From assembly GCA_964016885.1 (NCBI GenBank), contig OZ024746.1:25172001-25236000 (forward strand): a stretch of 64,000 nt of DNA. Reading direction: 5' to 3'. How positions within the stretch are numbered: position 1 is the first letter of the stretch; each line of letters starts with the position of its first letter. The notes below the pieces were generated by a model. The model saw only the letters and a program-made list of their open reading frames with translations, did no database searches and was not told the DNA's origin. Positions 1 to 10,689 of the stretch are shown here, piece by piece. The stretch comes from Eledone cirrhosa. Lineage: Eukaryota. A program made the position numbers and the translations under genes.

Positions 1-406
1 TCTTCCACAACAAAACACTTTGTCCAGACTTGCACCTCGGAGAGGCAAATGCATGGCCTGTGAGTCTTGGTAGCATTACCCGTGGCCAGCCAATGATGGA
101 TGCAGAACCCATGGCCAGTCACAACCAAAGGAATCGTTTCCTTCCTTAGTAGCTCCAAAGCAGAATATATTTTAATTAGCTGCTCCTACAAATGAGCCAT
201 GAAAAGGATCGTTTTGCACTTGAAATTGTTAAAATACATCTACCTTTCAAGACTATAATGTTGTCCCAATTGAACTTTATTATTATAGCCATTTATACCC
301 AACCCCAGACAGAATTAATTAGAATCTATTGTTTATTTTTACTGTTATCGTTAACAATATTTATTTTTCTTGTTAACTTGTTATTTCTTTCTATTGTAAA
401 CCTTAG

Positions 407-513
407 TTTTATGGACCCCGAAATGGTGCTGTATTTGCTTGTGGTTTAGGGAGCCATACACCGCTCTACTCACTTCTAAAAGGTGGAGGCCAAGAGCAAG
501 GTTATAGACCAGG
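407..513 (+). CDS. SCLY: Selenocysteine lyase, internal exon ([36 protein letters not shown]); gene begins upstream of the window
   Basis: AG acceptor at 405-406 and GTAAGT donor at 514. The peptide matches the (K)FYGPR...GGGQE..RPG segment following the PLP lysine in SCLY/NifS class-V enzymes. Confidence 0.92.
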
Positions 514-1173
514 GTAAGTAGTTGTTTAAGATATTTTACATTTTTTACTATTGTTTTTTTAAATCTTTTATGTTAATTGTGTGTGTCTCTGTATGTTATA
601 AGAAGTGACTAAAAGAGTTGGTGTCAAGAATGTCATCTGGCTATAAAACATTGCCTGAAAAAGTCTCATCTAATCAATGCCAGCATGGAAAAGTCAACAT
701 AATCATGATGATGATAATGATGAAAAAACAATGATCACATTCAAAGCAATATATTGCTGTATTTCAGCTTCTTACTTTGACCCTTATTTGTTATTGCTAT
801 TGATGATGACAATGATGACGCTAATGATGATGGTGATGATAAAGATGGTGTAATTATTGCATCATTCTATTTCTGCTATAAATGATCATGAGATAAACTA
901 CATTGCAGTATTTATTCTGGCTCTCTGCCCTCATGCTGGTATTCATGTTCAATTGAGTGAACTGGAGCAGCATGAAGTGTCTTGCTTAAGGACACAGCAC
1001 ACCTCATCTGAGAATTGAACACATGACCTTATAATTCTAACCACTAAGCACATATGCCTTTACCTGACTACATATGCATACACTCTCACACACACAAAGA
1101 CAAATACACACATTAATAATTCTTTCTTTTTTTCCAATTTAAAAAAAAAATTATGATATTTCTTTTATTGTAG

Positions 1174-1210
1174 AACTGAAAATACAGCAATGATTGTTGG
1201 TTTGGGAATG
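1174..1210 (+). CDS. SCLY: SCLY exon ((G)TENTAMIVGLGM)
   Basis: TTGTAG acceptor and GTAGGT donor. Phase joins the previous exon to give RPGTENT, the conserved NifS/SCLY motif. Confidence 0.92.
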
Positions 1211-2221
1211 GTAGGTTATTGTATATTCTTTATTCATGATGGATTGTTCCAAATTTAGACATTTATTGTTAAAATATCTAACATCTTGTTAGCATAGCTC
1301 ACAATATGTTCCTAGCCATATTTTAGTTTGTAACTCTTTTGATACCAAACTGCGTCTGGCTCTAAGATACCATGTTATTTATTTTGAAGAGTTTTTATTT
1401 ATCCAAAAAAATTACTTCATAGTTTTATGCAAGAATCTTTATGTTCCAAACAGCAATTTAATAATGAGAACGTTCCATTAGTTGTGTAGATGCCTGTTGA
1501 ATACCTATTCGTGTGAGTGGTAGTGCTGGTGCCACAATAGAATGCACCAAGTACATTCCATTAAGTGGTTGACATTAGGAAAGGCATCCAGCCATAGAAA
1601 CTATGCCGAAATATGGAACATGAGCAAGATGTGGTTTCTGTGACCTGTCCATTCTTAGACTATGATGACTCACACCCCCTCATCCCAGCCAATGCCAGTA
1701 TGGAAAGTGGATGTTAAATGATGATGGGTGGGGGAGCGAGGTTGATTCTGTGTATATCTTCACGTTGACACTGGTAAAAAAATTTAAAAAACCGTGCCAT
1801 TTGTTTATGTCCCCCAATTTAACAGCGTTGAAGTTCAGTGAATTCAGTACCATACTTAAAAATAAGGGTTGGCACCAGGAATGGCATCCAAATACAGAAT
1901 AGTGCCTCAAACTCAAGATGTCCTGTCCAACCCATGCCAGCATGGAAAAGTAAGCATAGAATTGATAATGATGGTGGCAGTTAACATTCCCTCTAAACTG
2001 CTTGGGTGTGCAGTTGCTGTAGTGGTGCTGCACACATTAAAATGTTGCCTCTCAGTAAGTTCGAAATATTGCCAGTAGCTTTGAATTTTAGGTATTTTGG
2101 TCAAAGCATCAAATGGTTGGGAAGAATTAGAGGGAATATTGGTGGTGGTGGTTGTTATTACTGTTGTTTGATGTTTTTACTAACTAATGTAAATTGTCAA
2201 TGTGATTTCTGTTCATTACAG

Positions 2222-2305
2222 GCCTGCACTCTTATTAAACACAATCTTACTGAGTATGTACATCACATGGAAGAGATGCGAAATTGTCTGGAACTTAAAC
2301 TGGAG
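2222..2305 (+). CDS. SCLY: SCLY exon (ACTLIKHNLTEYVHHMEEMRNCLELKLE)
   Basis: TTACAG acceptor, GTGAAG donor, 84 nt phase 0/0. Collinear with the SCLY helix HM...RD.LE..LE. Confidence 0.88.
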
Positions 2306-2389
2306 GTGAAGAAGCTCTTCATAATTGACTTTGTGTTTGTCTGGATTAGATTGGATGGGGGGTTGTGACAGATAGAATTTTTAAGATAG

Positions 2390-2950
2390 TCTGTAAAGTG
2401 GTAGTGCAAGGGACATGATAAAATGCATTCAGTACCCTCTGTAAAGTAGTAGTGTTGGAGTCATGATAAAATACATCCAGTACACTCTGTAAAGTGGTAA
2501 TGGTGGAGTTATGATCAAATGCATTCATGGGACTCTGTAAAGAGGTAGTGTTAGTGCCATAGTAGAATGTACCCTGCACACTGTAAGGTAGTCGTGCTGG
2601 TGTCACGATAAACTATAGCCAGTACACTCTGTATAGTGGTAGTGCTGGTGCCATGATAAAATACATCCAGTACGCTCTGTATAGTGGTAGTGCTGGTGCG
2701 ATGATAAAATACATCCAATACACTCTGTATAGTGGTAGTGCTGGTGCCATGATAAAATACATCCAGTACGCTCTGTATAGTGGTAGTGCTGGTGCCATGA
2801 TAAAATACATCCAATACACTCTGTATAGTGGTAGTGCTGGTGCCATGATAAAATACATCCAATACACTCTGTATAGTGGTAGTGCTGGTGCCATGATAAA
2901 ATACATCCAATACACTCTGTATAGTGGTAGTGCTGGTGCCATGATAAAAG
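2390..2950. repeat. 48-bp minisatellite (CCAGTACACTCTGTATAGTGGTAGTGCTGGTGCCATGATAAAATACAT), about 7 near-identical units plus degenerate units
   Basis: Direct tandem periodicity. Related units recur near 31440-31620, 34890-35110, 61420-61560 and 62740-62840, so it belongs to a dispersed repeat family. It explains the repetitive ORFs at 2346-3018. Confidence 0.95.
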
Positions 2951-3233
2951 GCCCCAGTAAACTGTTGTTATCTAATATCTCTATATGTGTTTACATTTAT
3001 TTATATTATATGATTTAGTGGCTCAACAAAAAGTAAACAATAAAATAAGAACTAGACTTGGAAAAATAAGTAATGGGGGCCGATATGATCAACTAAATCT
3101 TTTCAAAAGAGTGTCTGAGACAAATAAAAGAATGAGGTGCTCCAGCATGGTTGTAGTCTAATGACTGAGACCAGTAAAAGATCAAAAGAATAAGCACAAC
3201 TAATCTATATTTACCGTTGTTTTGTTATTTCAG

Positions 3234-3336
3234 GAAGTATTTGGTGAAGATAATGTCAAGTTTAATGGCCGAATACCTGGTGTCCCTCGGCTTCCAAACA
3301 CATGCAATGTTTCCATATTAGATGGAAATCTGGAAG
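3234..3336 (+). CDS. SCLY: SCLY exon (EVFGEDNVKFNGRIPGVPRLPNTCNVSILDGNLE)
   Basis: TTTCAG acceptor, GTAAGC donor, and the RLPNTCNxS motif. Confidence 0.93.
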
Positions 3337-3368
3337 GTAAGCCGTCTTCTTATGTAGTTTTTTTTTTA

Positions 3369-3566
3369 TGAGGGTCAGCTGAAAAGTACATAGGCTGACC
3401 AAGATACTCTCATGGAATGACCAAAAGAGGTTTATTTTTCAACATAGTCCCTGGAAAGAAACAATGCAGTTATTAATAAGAAGAGTAGAAATTAATGCAT
3501 GCAAGATTTCACAGCTCTAGCATCATTCCTTCATAGTCAGCCTATGAACCTTTCAACCTACCCTTG
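3369..3566. mobile_element. Tc1/mariner-type MITE
   Basis: Imperfect ~30-bp TIRs (TGAGGGTCAGCTGAAAAGTACATAGGCTGAC / GTCAGCCTATGAACCTTTCAACCTACCCTTG) flanked by TA. A second copy lies at 30808-30983. Confidence 0.75.
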
Positions 3567-3898
3567 TATACTGGATAAGTATGGATAATGATTGTTGGGT
3601 AAGGATGTGTCAGGAGTTATACATATACAAGAGGAAGGAAGCTGAGAAAGAGGAAGACCAAGATAGAAGTAGTGAAAGTTGATCACAGGATGCTGAGCTT
3701 CTCAGATCATCATCAGAGGATGAGGAGGAGATGACAAGGGAAAGAAACAAGTGGAGAAATGCTGAACTGGAGAGGACTCATTTATTGAATGTAAAAAAAA
3801 ACAATGTTGATGGTGGTGATTAGAATAATGGTATTGGTTGTGGTTGTGGTGATGACTTCATCTTATAATTTAACCCTTTCCTGTCTGTTTGATTGCAG

Positions 3899-3974
3899 GT
3901 AAACAGATCCTATCTCAGGTGAAGTTTGTCAAGGCCAGTGTTGGATCTGCTTGTCATTCAAATAATAAAAACAG
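3899..3974 (+). CDS. SCLY: SCLY exon carrying the catalytic cysteine (GKQILSQVKFVKASVGSACHSNNKN)
   Basis: TTGCAG acceptor, GTAAGA donor. ASVGxACHS is the SCLY-type active-site loop, distinct from SSGSACTS in NFS1. Confidence 0.93.
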
Positions 3975-4293
3975 GTAAGACTCCATCATCAAACATCGTT
4001 GCTAGGATATATAATAATAATAATGAAATTATTGTGTACAGTGCTCAGGTGCACTACAACTCATCAAAGGTGCATGTATAGTACATAGAATAATGTACAA
4101 ATGTCAGGAAAATAAACAGTGTATGAGTCATGATATAATAACAATAACGAAATATTGTGCACAGTGCCCAGGTGCACCACAACTCATCAAAAAAGTGCAT
4201 GTACAGTACATAGGGCAATGCACAAACATCAGTAAAATGAACAGTGCACGAGTCATGATACACACATATGTGCATGTGTATGGAAGGGGTACA

Positions 4294-7059
4294 TCAGGTG
4301 TAGTTTTGGCGTATTTCGGGAAGCATGAGTGTCTTAAAGGATGCAGTGTCTCGGCAGCTAACAATTGACGCAGGCAGTTTGTTCCATGCTTCAGCAACTC
4401 TGAGCGTGAAAAAATGTCTGCGAAAGTCATGGGAGCTGTGCTGTTTTCTTATCTTGTAGGCATGTCCACGTGTGTTAGACACATGGAGATCAAAGAGGCG
4501 CTCAGGGTTGCAGTTGGCGAGATGGTTAAAAACTTTGTGGGTATTCACCAAGTCCATTGCCAGACGTCGGAGCTTCAATGAATCCATGCCCAGGGAAGCA
4601 AGGCGTTCAGAGTATGGTAGGTGTCTGATGGAGGGTATGCGCTTGGTTGCACGTCTCTGAACAGTTTCCAGGAGGTCAATGTTCCGAGCAAGATAGGGGT
4701 TCCAGACTGATGATGCGAATTCCAAGTGTGGTCGCACCATAGCTGTATACAGTTTTAAATAGATGGCTGGAGAGCGGCTAACAAAGGTCTTGCTGAGTGA
4801 TGCCAAGACACCCTCGGCCTTCTTGACAATCTTAGAGACATGCTTTGTCCAACGCAAATCGTTGCTGACAGTAATGCCCAGGTCACGTTCACAAGAGGAC
4901 TTTTTGATGTCAGTGTTGTGGAGGGAGTATGTGGACGCTGGATTTTTCCTTCCAAAATGCATGGTGGTACACTTGTCCACAGCCAGCTTCAGTTGCCAGT
5001 CTGTGATCCATTGCTGCATTGTGTCCAGGTCTGATTGTAGGAAAGAGTTGTAAATTTCAGGATCAGTCCTTTTGATTTCAAGGTACAGCTTGATGTCATC
5101 TGCATATTTTAGTACCGTGGCATTCTGTAAGTTGGCATCTATGTCATTAATATATGCCACAAACAAAAGAGGACCAAGAACAGATGCCTGTGGTACACCA
5201 GATGACATCTCATATGGTGAAGAATGCTGTCCTAGAACCGTGACTACTTCCTTTCGGCTGAGAATGAAGGATTTCAGCCAGTCGAAAAGATCATCCCTCA
5301 CACCCATTGCAGAGAGTTTTGCCATAAGTCTTTTGTGTGGCACAGAATTAAAAGCCTTAGCAAAGTCAAGGTAAACAACATCCACCCATGAGCCGCTGTC
5401 AGTGATCCGGGTGATGTCCCCAAGAAACTCGATAAGCTGATCACAGCAGCTGGAGTTAGGGATAAATCCAAACTGTGAGGGCCGGATGAGGCTGTGAGAG
5501 CTCCAGAAGTTCCAAAGTGTTTCTCTGACACAGGATTCCATCAGTTTGGCCATACAGCTAGTAAGACTGACTGGACGATAGTTGACAGGTGACATGCGGT
5601 TGCTCTTTTTGAACAGGGGAATGACACTGGCAGTTTTCCACTGCTCCGGAGTAGCACCATTGCTGAGACAGTATTGAAAGAAAAAAGAAAGCTGGCGCAA
5701 AAGGAAATCCCTGCCACGTTTGAGAAGCAGGTATGTCACACCATCAAGACCAGGGGAGGCATAGTTACGCTTATTCTTAAGGTGACGTCGCAACATTGCA
5801 GGTGTAAATTCCATAGTTGTTATGGAATTTGATGTTAGAGATGGTGGAGATGGTACATTCTGGTCTTCAACAGTAAAAATACTTGCATAGCACTCAGCAA
5901 TGAGTTCTGCGCATTCCTTGGGATCGTCAGTGATCTGGCTTGTGTGGGGATTGCGAAGAGGACCAACTGGAGAGTGAGGTCTCTGCTTTGAATGAACATA
6001 TTTCCAGAACACCTTACTGTCAGGATTGGTTGCGATGCACTGTTCAAATTCAAGCACTGCCTTCTTTGTCACTTGCTTGAGATGGTTAGAAGATTTATTC
6101 CGCTTTTTTCTGTTGGCATCTGATCTATGCAGTTTATATTCCCGTTCAGCGTTCCGACGTTCTTTCCTGGCAAGTCGGACCGCTGAAGTTTCCCAGATTG
6201 CACTTTTGGGGTGGTTATTTTTCCGCTTCCGTGGCACTGATGCTGCACACGCTATCCATATTGAGTCCAGGATGCTCTGGAGTATAGAGTTCACATCTCC
6301 AGAGTTATACATCTCATGCCAGTTTGGGTGCTGTAGCTCAGTGCAGTACAAGTTCCAATCCGCCCTCTTCCAATCAAAGCAAGCAGATTGGAGATGGCCC
6401 TGGTTTTTGTTGCTGCCCTCAAGTGCCAGATTGGCAATGATCATAGCATGATCAGAGTCGCCTAGAGGTTCCTCAGTAGTACAACTGATAACCACTTCAG
6501 GAGTAGTGGTGAAGATCAGGTCCAAAGTGTTGTCACCTCTTGTTGGAGAGGTGACTACTTGTGACCAGTTTGAGTCCAGCACTAGTTCAAGGAAATCGTT
6601 TGCACCCTGTGGCCAACGAAAGGTTTCCCAATCGATCTCAGGATGATTGAAGTCACCTGTAATAAACACATAAGTGGCTGTTTTCTTGGCAGCAACTCTG
6701 AGGATATCGCAAAGCTGTGTGTCCTGATGGTAGTTTGGGGGGCGATAAACAACACCAAGCAGGAGTGTTGACATGGTCATACGTATGTCACAGAAAAAAA
6801 CTTCTTCCTGTGATTCGTTCAAATCAACGCAAGGAATTACCGAAAAGTTTGAACGAACGTAGACCATCACACCACCACCACGGCGGTTAATGCAGTCTTT
6901 GCGGAAAAGGTTGTACCCAGTAATGCTGAAAACCCCATCACAGAGTAAGGAATATGCCCATGTTTCCGTGACTGTGATGAAGTCAGGGTCGATGCTTCTG
7001 ACGTAGGATTCGAACAGATGTATCTTGTTGCATAAACTGCGAGCATTTAATGACAACAA
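4294..7059 (-). CDS. LINE ORF2: apurinic endonuclease + reverse transcriptase (921 aa open frame, no ATG at its start)
   Basis: APE motifs NARSL, ETW, GDFNHP, LDL, SDH; RT motifs NYRPVSL, YLDFAKAF, GVPQxSVLGP, YADD; CR1-type C-terminus (RPHLEFAS, TRGH, WNKLP). Confidence 0.95.
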   Translation of the reverse strand: MLSLNARSLCNKIHLFESYVRSIDPDFITVTETWAYSLLCDGVFSITGYNLFRKDCINRRGGGVMVYVRSNFSVIPCVDLNESQEEVFFCDIRMTMSTLLLGVVYRPPNYHQDTQLCDILRVAAKKTATYVFITGDFNHPEIDWETFRWPQGANDFLELVLDSNWSQVVTSPTRGDNTLDLIFTTTPEVVISCTTEEPLGDSDHAMIIANLALEGSNKNQGHLQSACFDWKRADWNLYCTELQHPNWHEMYNSGDVNSILQSILDSIWIACAASVPRKRKNNHPKSAIWETSAVRLARKERRNAEREYKLHRSDANRKKRNKSSNHLKQVTKKAVLEFEQCIATNPDSKVFWKYVHSKQRPHSPVGPLRNPHTSQITDDPKECAELIAECYASIFTVEDQNVPSPPSLTSNSITTMEFTPAMLRRHLKNKRNYASPGLDGVTYLLLKRGRDFLLRQLSFFFQYCLSNGATPEQWKTASVIPLFKKSNRMSPVNYRPVSLTSCMAKLMESCVRETLWNFWSSHSLIRPSQFGFIPNSSCCDQLIEFLGDITRITDSGSWVDVVYLDFAKAFNSVPHKRLMAKLSAMGVRDDLFDWLKSFILSRKEVVTVLGQHSSPYEMSSGVPQASVLGPLLFVAYINDIDANLQNATVLKYADDIKLYLEIKRTDPEIYNSFLQSDLDTMQQWITDWQLKLAVDKCTTMHFGRKNPASTYSLHNTDIKKSSCERDLGITVSNDLRWTKHVSKIVKKAEGVLASLSKTFVSRSPAIYLKLYTAMVRPHLEFASSVWNPYLARNIDLLETVQRRATKRIPSIRHLPYSERLASLGMDSLKLRRLAMDLVNTHKVFNHLANCNPERLFDLHVSNTRGHAYKIRKQHSSHDFRRHFFTLRVAEAWNKLPASIVSCRDTASFKTLMLPEIRQNYT

Positions 7060-7115
7060 TTTGTACCCTGCTCACAGTTTATGATGGTGTGTAGAGGGTG
7101 GCAGGTTGTTCTGGT

Positions 7116-8456
7116 TTAGTTTCCCAGAGTTGTAGCAGTTTTTACATTGCCAGTTATTGCGGGTAGATCACACTCAGACCAGCTGGTATCTCTCTTCCAC
7201 GTTTCACCAGCCTTGACAAACCTCCAGATCTGCCCATCATCACGCAGACTGAAACTTTCATCTTGTGCTGAGTTCCAATTCAAGGAAGCTGCAGCACGTA
7301 GTTTTGGACGTACATGGGGTGGTAGGCCTGGGCGTGTTCGGAAGGTAATCCGATTTTCACGCTCAACTTTAGCAGAGGCCAGATGATATGAGGTTGCCTC
7401 TGCGGGGTCCGAGAAAGACAGCCTGATGAGTCTGGGTTTTGGACCAGGTCGACCAAGGCGGAGGGCACCCTTTGGGGGAACACAGCCTAGGTCTTTGGCT
7501 GAGCTGGCAGCAAATGCCTGAAGATCAGCCTTGTCCTCTGGTACCCCAATGGCAATCACTTCATGGGTAGCAGATTCCGCAGTCTTTTCAGTCTTTCCAG
7601 CAAGAGGTACAGGGAGATTCTTTAGCAAGGCATTCCGATAAGACCCCTCATTGTGGGGTCCTACCCGAATGCTTGCCTCTATTCCTGCAACTTCCCTTCT
7701 CAGAGCAGAAATCATTAGTTGCAGTTCCGCAAAATCTGTACTGGTCGGTTGTTGTTGTTGTTGTTGTTGCTGCTGCTGCTGCTGCTGTCGTTGTTGGTGA
7801 TGATGATGTTCCTCCACGGGAATGGCAGGGAAGGACACAGTCGCAGGTTGTTGCTGTTGTTGGTGATGATGATGTTCCTCCACGGGAATGGCAGGGGAGG
7901 ACACAGTCGCAGGTTGTTGCTGTTGTTGTTGTTGGTGATGATGATGTTCCTCCACGGGAATGGTAGGGGAAGACACAGTCACCAGTTGTTGGTGTCGAGA
8001 TGTACTGGGAGTGGAAGACATGGGTTGTTGTTGTTTCTGATGTTCTCCCACAGGAATAACAGTAGAAGCCAGTGTCATAGGTTTTTGCCGTTGTTCAGTA
8101 ACAATGGTAGAGGAAGACACAGTCATTGGTTTTTGTTGTTTTTCAATAACATTAATAACATTCGTGGAGGCAGGCACACAGGCCAGACACTGAAAGGACC
8201 AGGATTTTAGCTGGACCATCTCCCATATTCCATCCATCATAGCATTATGATGTCTCTTTTTTTGGCCTGGGATCCTCCGGAAGCCTGTGGTGCATTGAAG
8301 GCAGACAGAGATGCGACAGGTTCCACATTCGACCCAGCGATTACGGAACGAGTTTTCGGGTTCCGCACAGATATGGCAGATGTGATTTTCTGGGCAATGT
8401 TCTATCTTGGGACATCGGCCGGTTTTGTCGCATATTTCATCGATGGATATCACCAT
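7116..8456 (-). CDS. LINE ORF1 (446 aa): PHD-like Cys cluster, polyQ/polyH repeats, coiled coil, RRM-like C-terminal region
   Basis: CHIC...ECGTC...CLQC...FQCLAC spacing, the RLGRPGPKPRLIRLSF motif typical of CR1/L2 ORF1, and its position directly upstream of ORF2. Confidence 0.85.
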   Translation of the reverse strand: MVISIDEICDKTGRCPKIEHCPENHICHICAEPENSFRNRWVECGTCRISVCLQCTTGFRRIPGQKKRHHNAMMDGIWEMVQLKSWSFQCLACVPASTNVINVIEKQQKPMTVSSSTIVTEQRQKPMTLASTVIPVGEHQKQQQPMSSTPSTSRHQQLVTVSSPTIPVEEHHHHQQQQQQQPATVSSPAIPVEEHHHHQQQQQPATVSFPAIPVEEHHHHQQRQQQQQQQQQQQQQPTSTDFAELQLMISALRREVAGIEASIRVGPHNEGSYRNALLKNLPVPLAGKTEKTAESATHEVIAIGVPEDKADLQAFAASSAKDLGCVPPKGALRLGRPGPKPRLIRLSFSDPAEATSYHLASAKVERENRITFRTRPGLPPHVRPKLRAAASLNWNSAQDESFSLRDDGQIWRFVKAGETWKRDTSWSECDLPAITGNVKTATTLGN

Positions 8457-9511
8457 GGCAATTTTGTTATTTCAACCCATCCGTAGAAAAACACAGAATG
8501 TAAACAATATAGGTTTAGCGCACTTGATTACGATAGAAATAAAATGTCTGTTTTTTTGTGTATTTTGTTTCCGTTTTCCTAAATGTTGTGTGTGTACAGA
8601 AGAGTCTGAATTACATTACATGTAAACAAATAAATATGCTGCGTAAGTTAAATGAAACGTACTGTAGAAGGCAGTTGTTTATTAACAGCGAAATAAGGTT
8701 TTTTTTTGGTTTTTTTTCCCCTGATACTGCTTCTTTATAGTAAACTTTCAATAATATTTTTTTTTCCCAAATTATTAACTTTCAGCTGCTAGTATATATA
8801 TATAATTAAAAGGTGTATGTGGGTTAGAAGCGAGGTCAATGTTAAGAAATATTTTACCAATGTAAATTGGTAAAATTGGCCGGTATAGTGTCTCACACGA
8901 AATAGTGTGGTTTCTTTTCACGTGTGTGTATATGCATATGGTATGTATCTGTATATAAATCTGTGTGTATATTGTTGAATATATGAAAGAATGTATTTAT
9001 TTGTTAGCAATAACACTAACGCAATGGCATTGCTGGACCCATATACATTATGTTTATGTATAATACACTTGCAAAAAGTGTTGAAAAGACACTTTAGTTG
9101 TGATCTATTTACCCAGTTCACTCTGTAAAGTGGTTGGTTGTAGGAAGAAGATCCAGCCAAAGAAAACCTGTCAAACACAGTATTGGAAGGAGTCTTCAGC
9201 TGTGTCAAAGACATGACAACCTCCCTAGTGTTGATGATCTACATGATAAACGCACCTAGTAAACTCTGTAAAGTGGTTGGTGATAGGAATGGCATCCAGC
9301 TGGACTCTTTGGCTGTGTCAAAGACATGACAACCTCCCTAGTGGTGGTGCCACAATAAAATGCATTCAGTAGAGCACGGGAATGTGTGTAAGCAAGATGC
9401 AGAACACTGGCCAGTCTGAGAACTCAGTAGAGTGCAGAAACATTTGTAAGTGAAATGGAGGCCCTCTAGCCCATCTGACGGGGCCAGTAACTCTGCTTGA
9501 ATACTGTCTTA

Positions 9512-9704
9512 CTGTATATACTTGAATATAAGCCGACTAAAAAATTGATGGTAGAAACAGGGTTGACTTATATTCGGGGTCAATATTTTGACAATTTTCA
9601 CCAACTTCAAATTCTACGTAAATAAGGTTTGGACTTTTGCTCATGTCTTGGATATAAAATAGGTGGGGGCTTTGGGGGTTTGGCTTATATTTGAGTATAT
9701 ACGG
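9512..9704. mobile_element. Tc1/pogo-type MITE
   Basis: TIRs CTGTATATACTTGAATATAAGCC / GGCTTATATTTGAGTATATACGG with TA on both sides. Confidence 0.8.
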
Positions 9705-9824
9705 TAGTTTGTGAAGTCCAATCCAACCCTTTCTAGCAAGGAAAATGGATGTGAAATGATGATGATGACACTCTTACTGATTTCAGTCATTGAACACAGT
9801 TTCTTTTTCCTTTTTTTTTTCCAG

Positions 9825-9996
9825 TATTCACAGTATCTTGTTAGCATCAGGCATTTCCCAAAATGTTGCTAAAAGTTCCATTCGTCTCTCAGTTGGCCGT
9901 GAAACATCAGTAAATGACATCTCTGTAGCTGTTGAAGATCTACACCAAGCTGTGAAACTGGCAAAATCTGCTAGTACTACTGCTGACACTGATTGA
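9825..9996 (+). CDS. SCLY: SCLY last coding exon (IHSILLASGISQNVAKSSIRLSVGRETSVNDISVAVEDLHQAVKLAKSASTTADTD*)
   Basis: Long pyrimidine tract plus CCAG acceptor; phase fits the previous exon; IRLSVGR.T motif; TGA stop at 9994-9996. Confidence 0.92.
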
Positions 9997-10528
9997 AGGG
10001 ATAATAAGCAGCTATAGTTAACAAAATGGTTTTTCATGCTTGCTTTGGTACTATTTTCTATAAATACATCTTTTCTTAAAAGAAAAAGAAGAATTTAGAC
10101 AAAACAAAACGAAAGAAAGATATGTACCTACTGCACCATTGTTTGTCAAAGAAGAAGGGTTTAATCAACACATGTTTAACAATGGCAAAACAGATGATAA
10201 AAGGAATGGTTTTCAGCTAAAGTTTACTAACTATATTTTTCACTTTTTTGAAACCTAGGCTTTTAATAGTATTTTTTAATATTATCAATATAATATTATG
10301 ATAATCATCATCATAATCAACAGCATCAGTAGTATGATAGTGCTAATAGTGGTGGTGGGGGTGGTAGTAGTTTAGAACACTCATTTCTTTGGTGGTTATT
10401 CAACATGTTTATTTGTGATAAGTTCTTTGAACTAATTTGTCATGTAGTTTACATTATGTTTCTAATACAGTGGAATGGATGGCATGATATTGTGGATTAG
10501 AGTTGTATGGTGTTACTTATAAGCATTG

Positions 10529-10564
<36 letters not shown>

Positions 10565-10689
10565 TTTGCTGTAACCATAGAGCTCGGAAGCTGCATCCCC
10601 TGGAAGAGGACTTGTATGGTCACATCACATGATGAGCTGCTGAGTTAGTAGTGGTGGTGATATGGTGAATTCACAAGACTTTTTATGTA

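Larger units (their letters stand above)
4010..8790 (-). mobile_element. Full-length CR1-group non-LTR retrotransposon, antisense in the last SCLY intron
   Basis: ORF1 plus APE-RT ORF2, and a 3'UTR ending in a (TTA)n tail at ~4010-4024. The 5' boundary is uncertain (about 8780-8920). Confidence 0.92.

Noticed and set aside
2346-3018. Periodic ORFs on both strands and a CRISPR-like appearance
   Set aside because: These are contiguous 48-bp tandem units with no unique spacers; a unit length divisible by 3 explains the ORFs; the context is eukaryotic and intronic.
7072-7074. In-frame TGA in the LINE as a selenocysteine codon, since it lies in the SCLY gene
   Set aside because: It is not at a Cys-type position, no SECIS was recognised in the LINE 3'UTR, and CGA>TGA decay is simpler.
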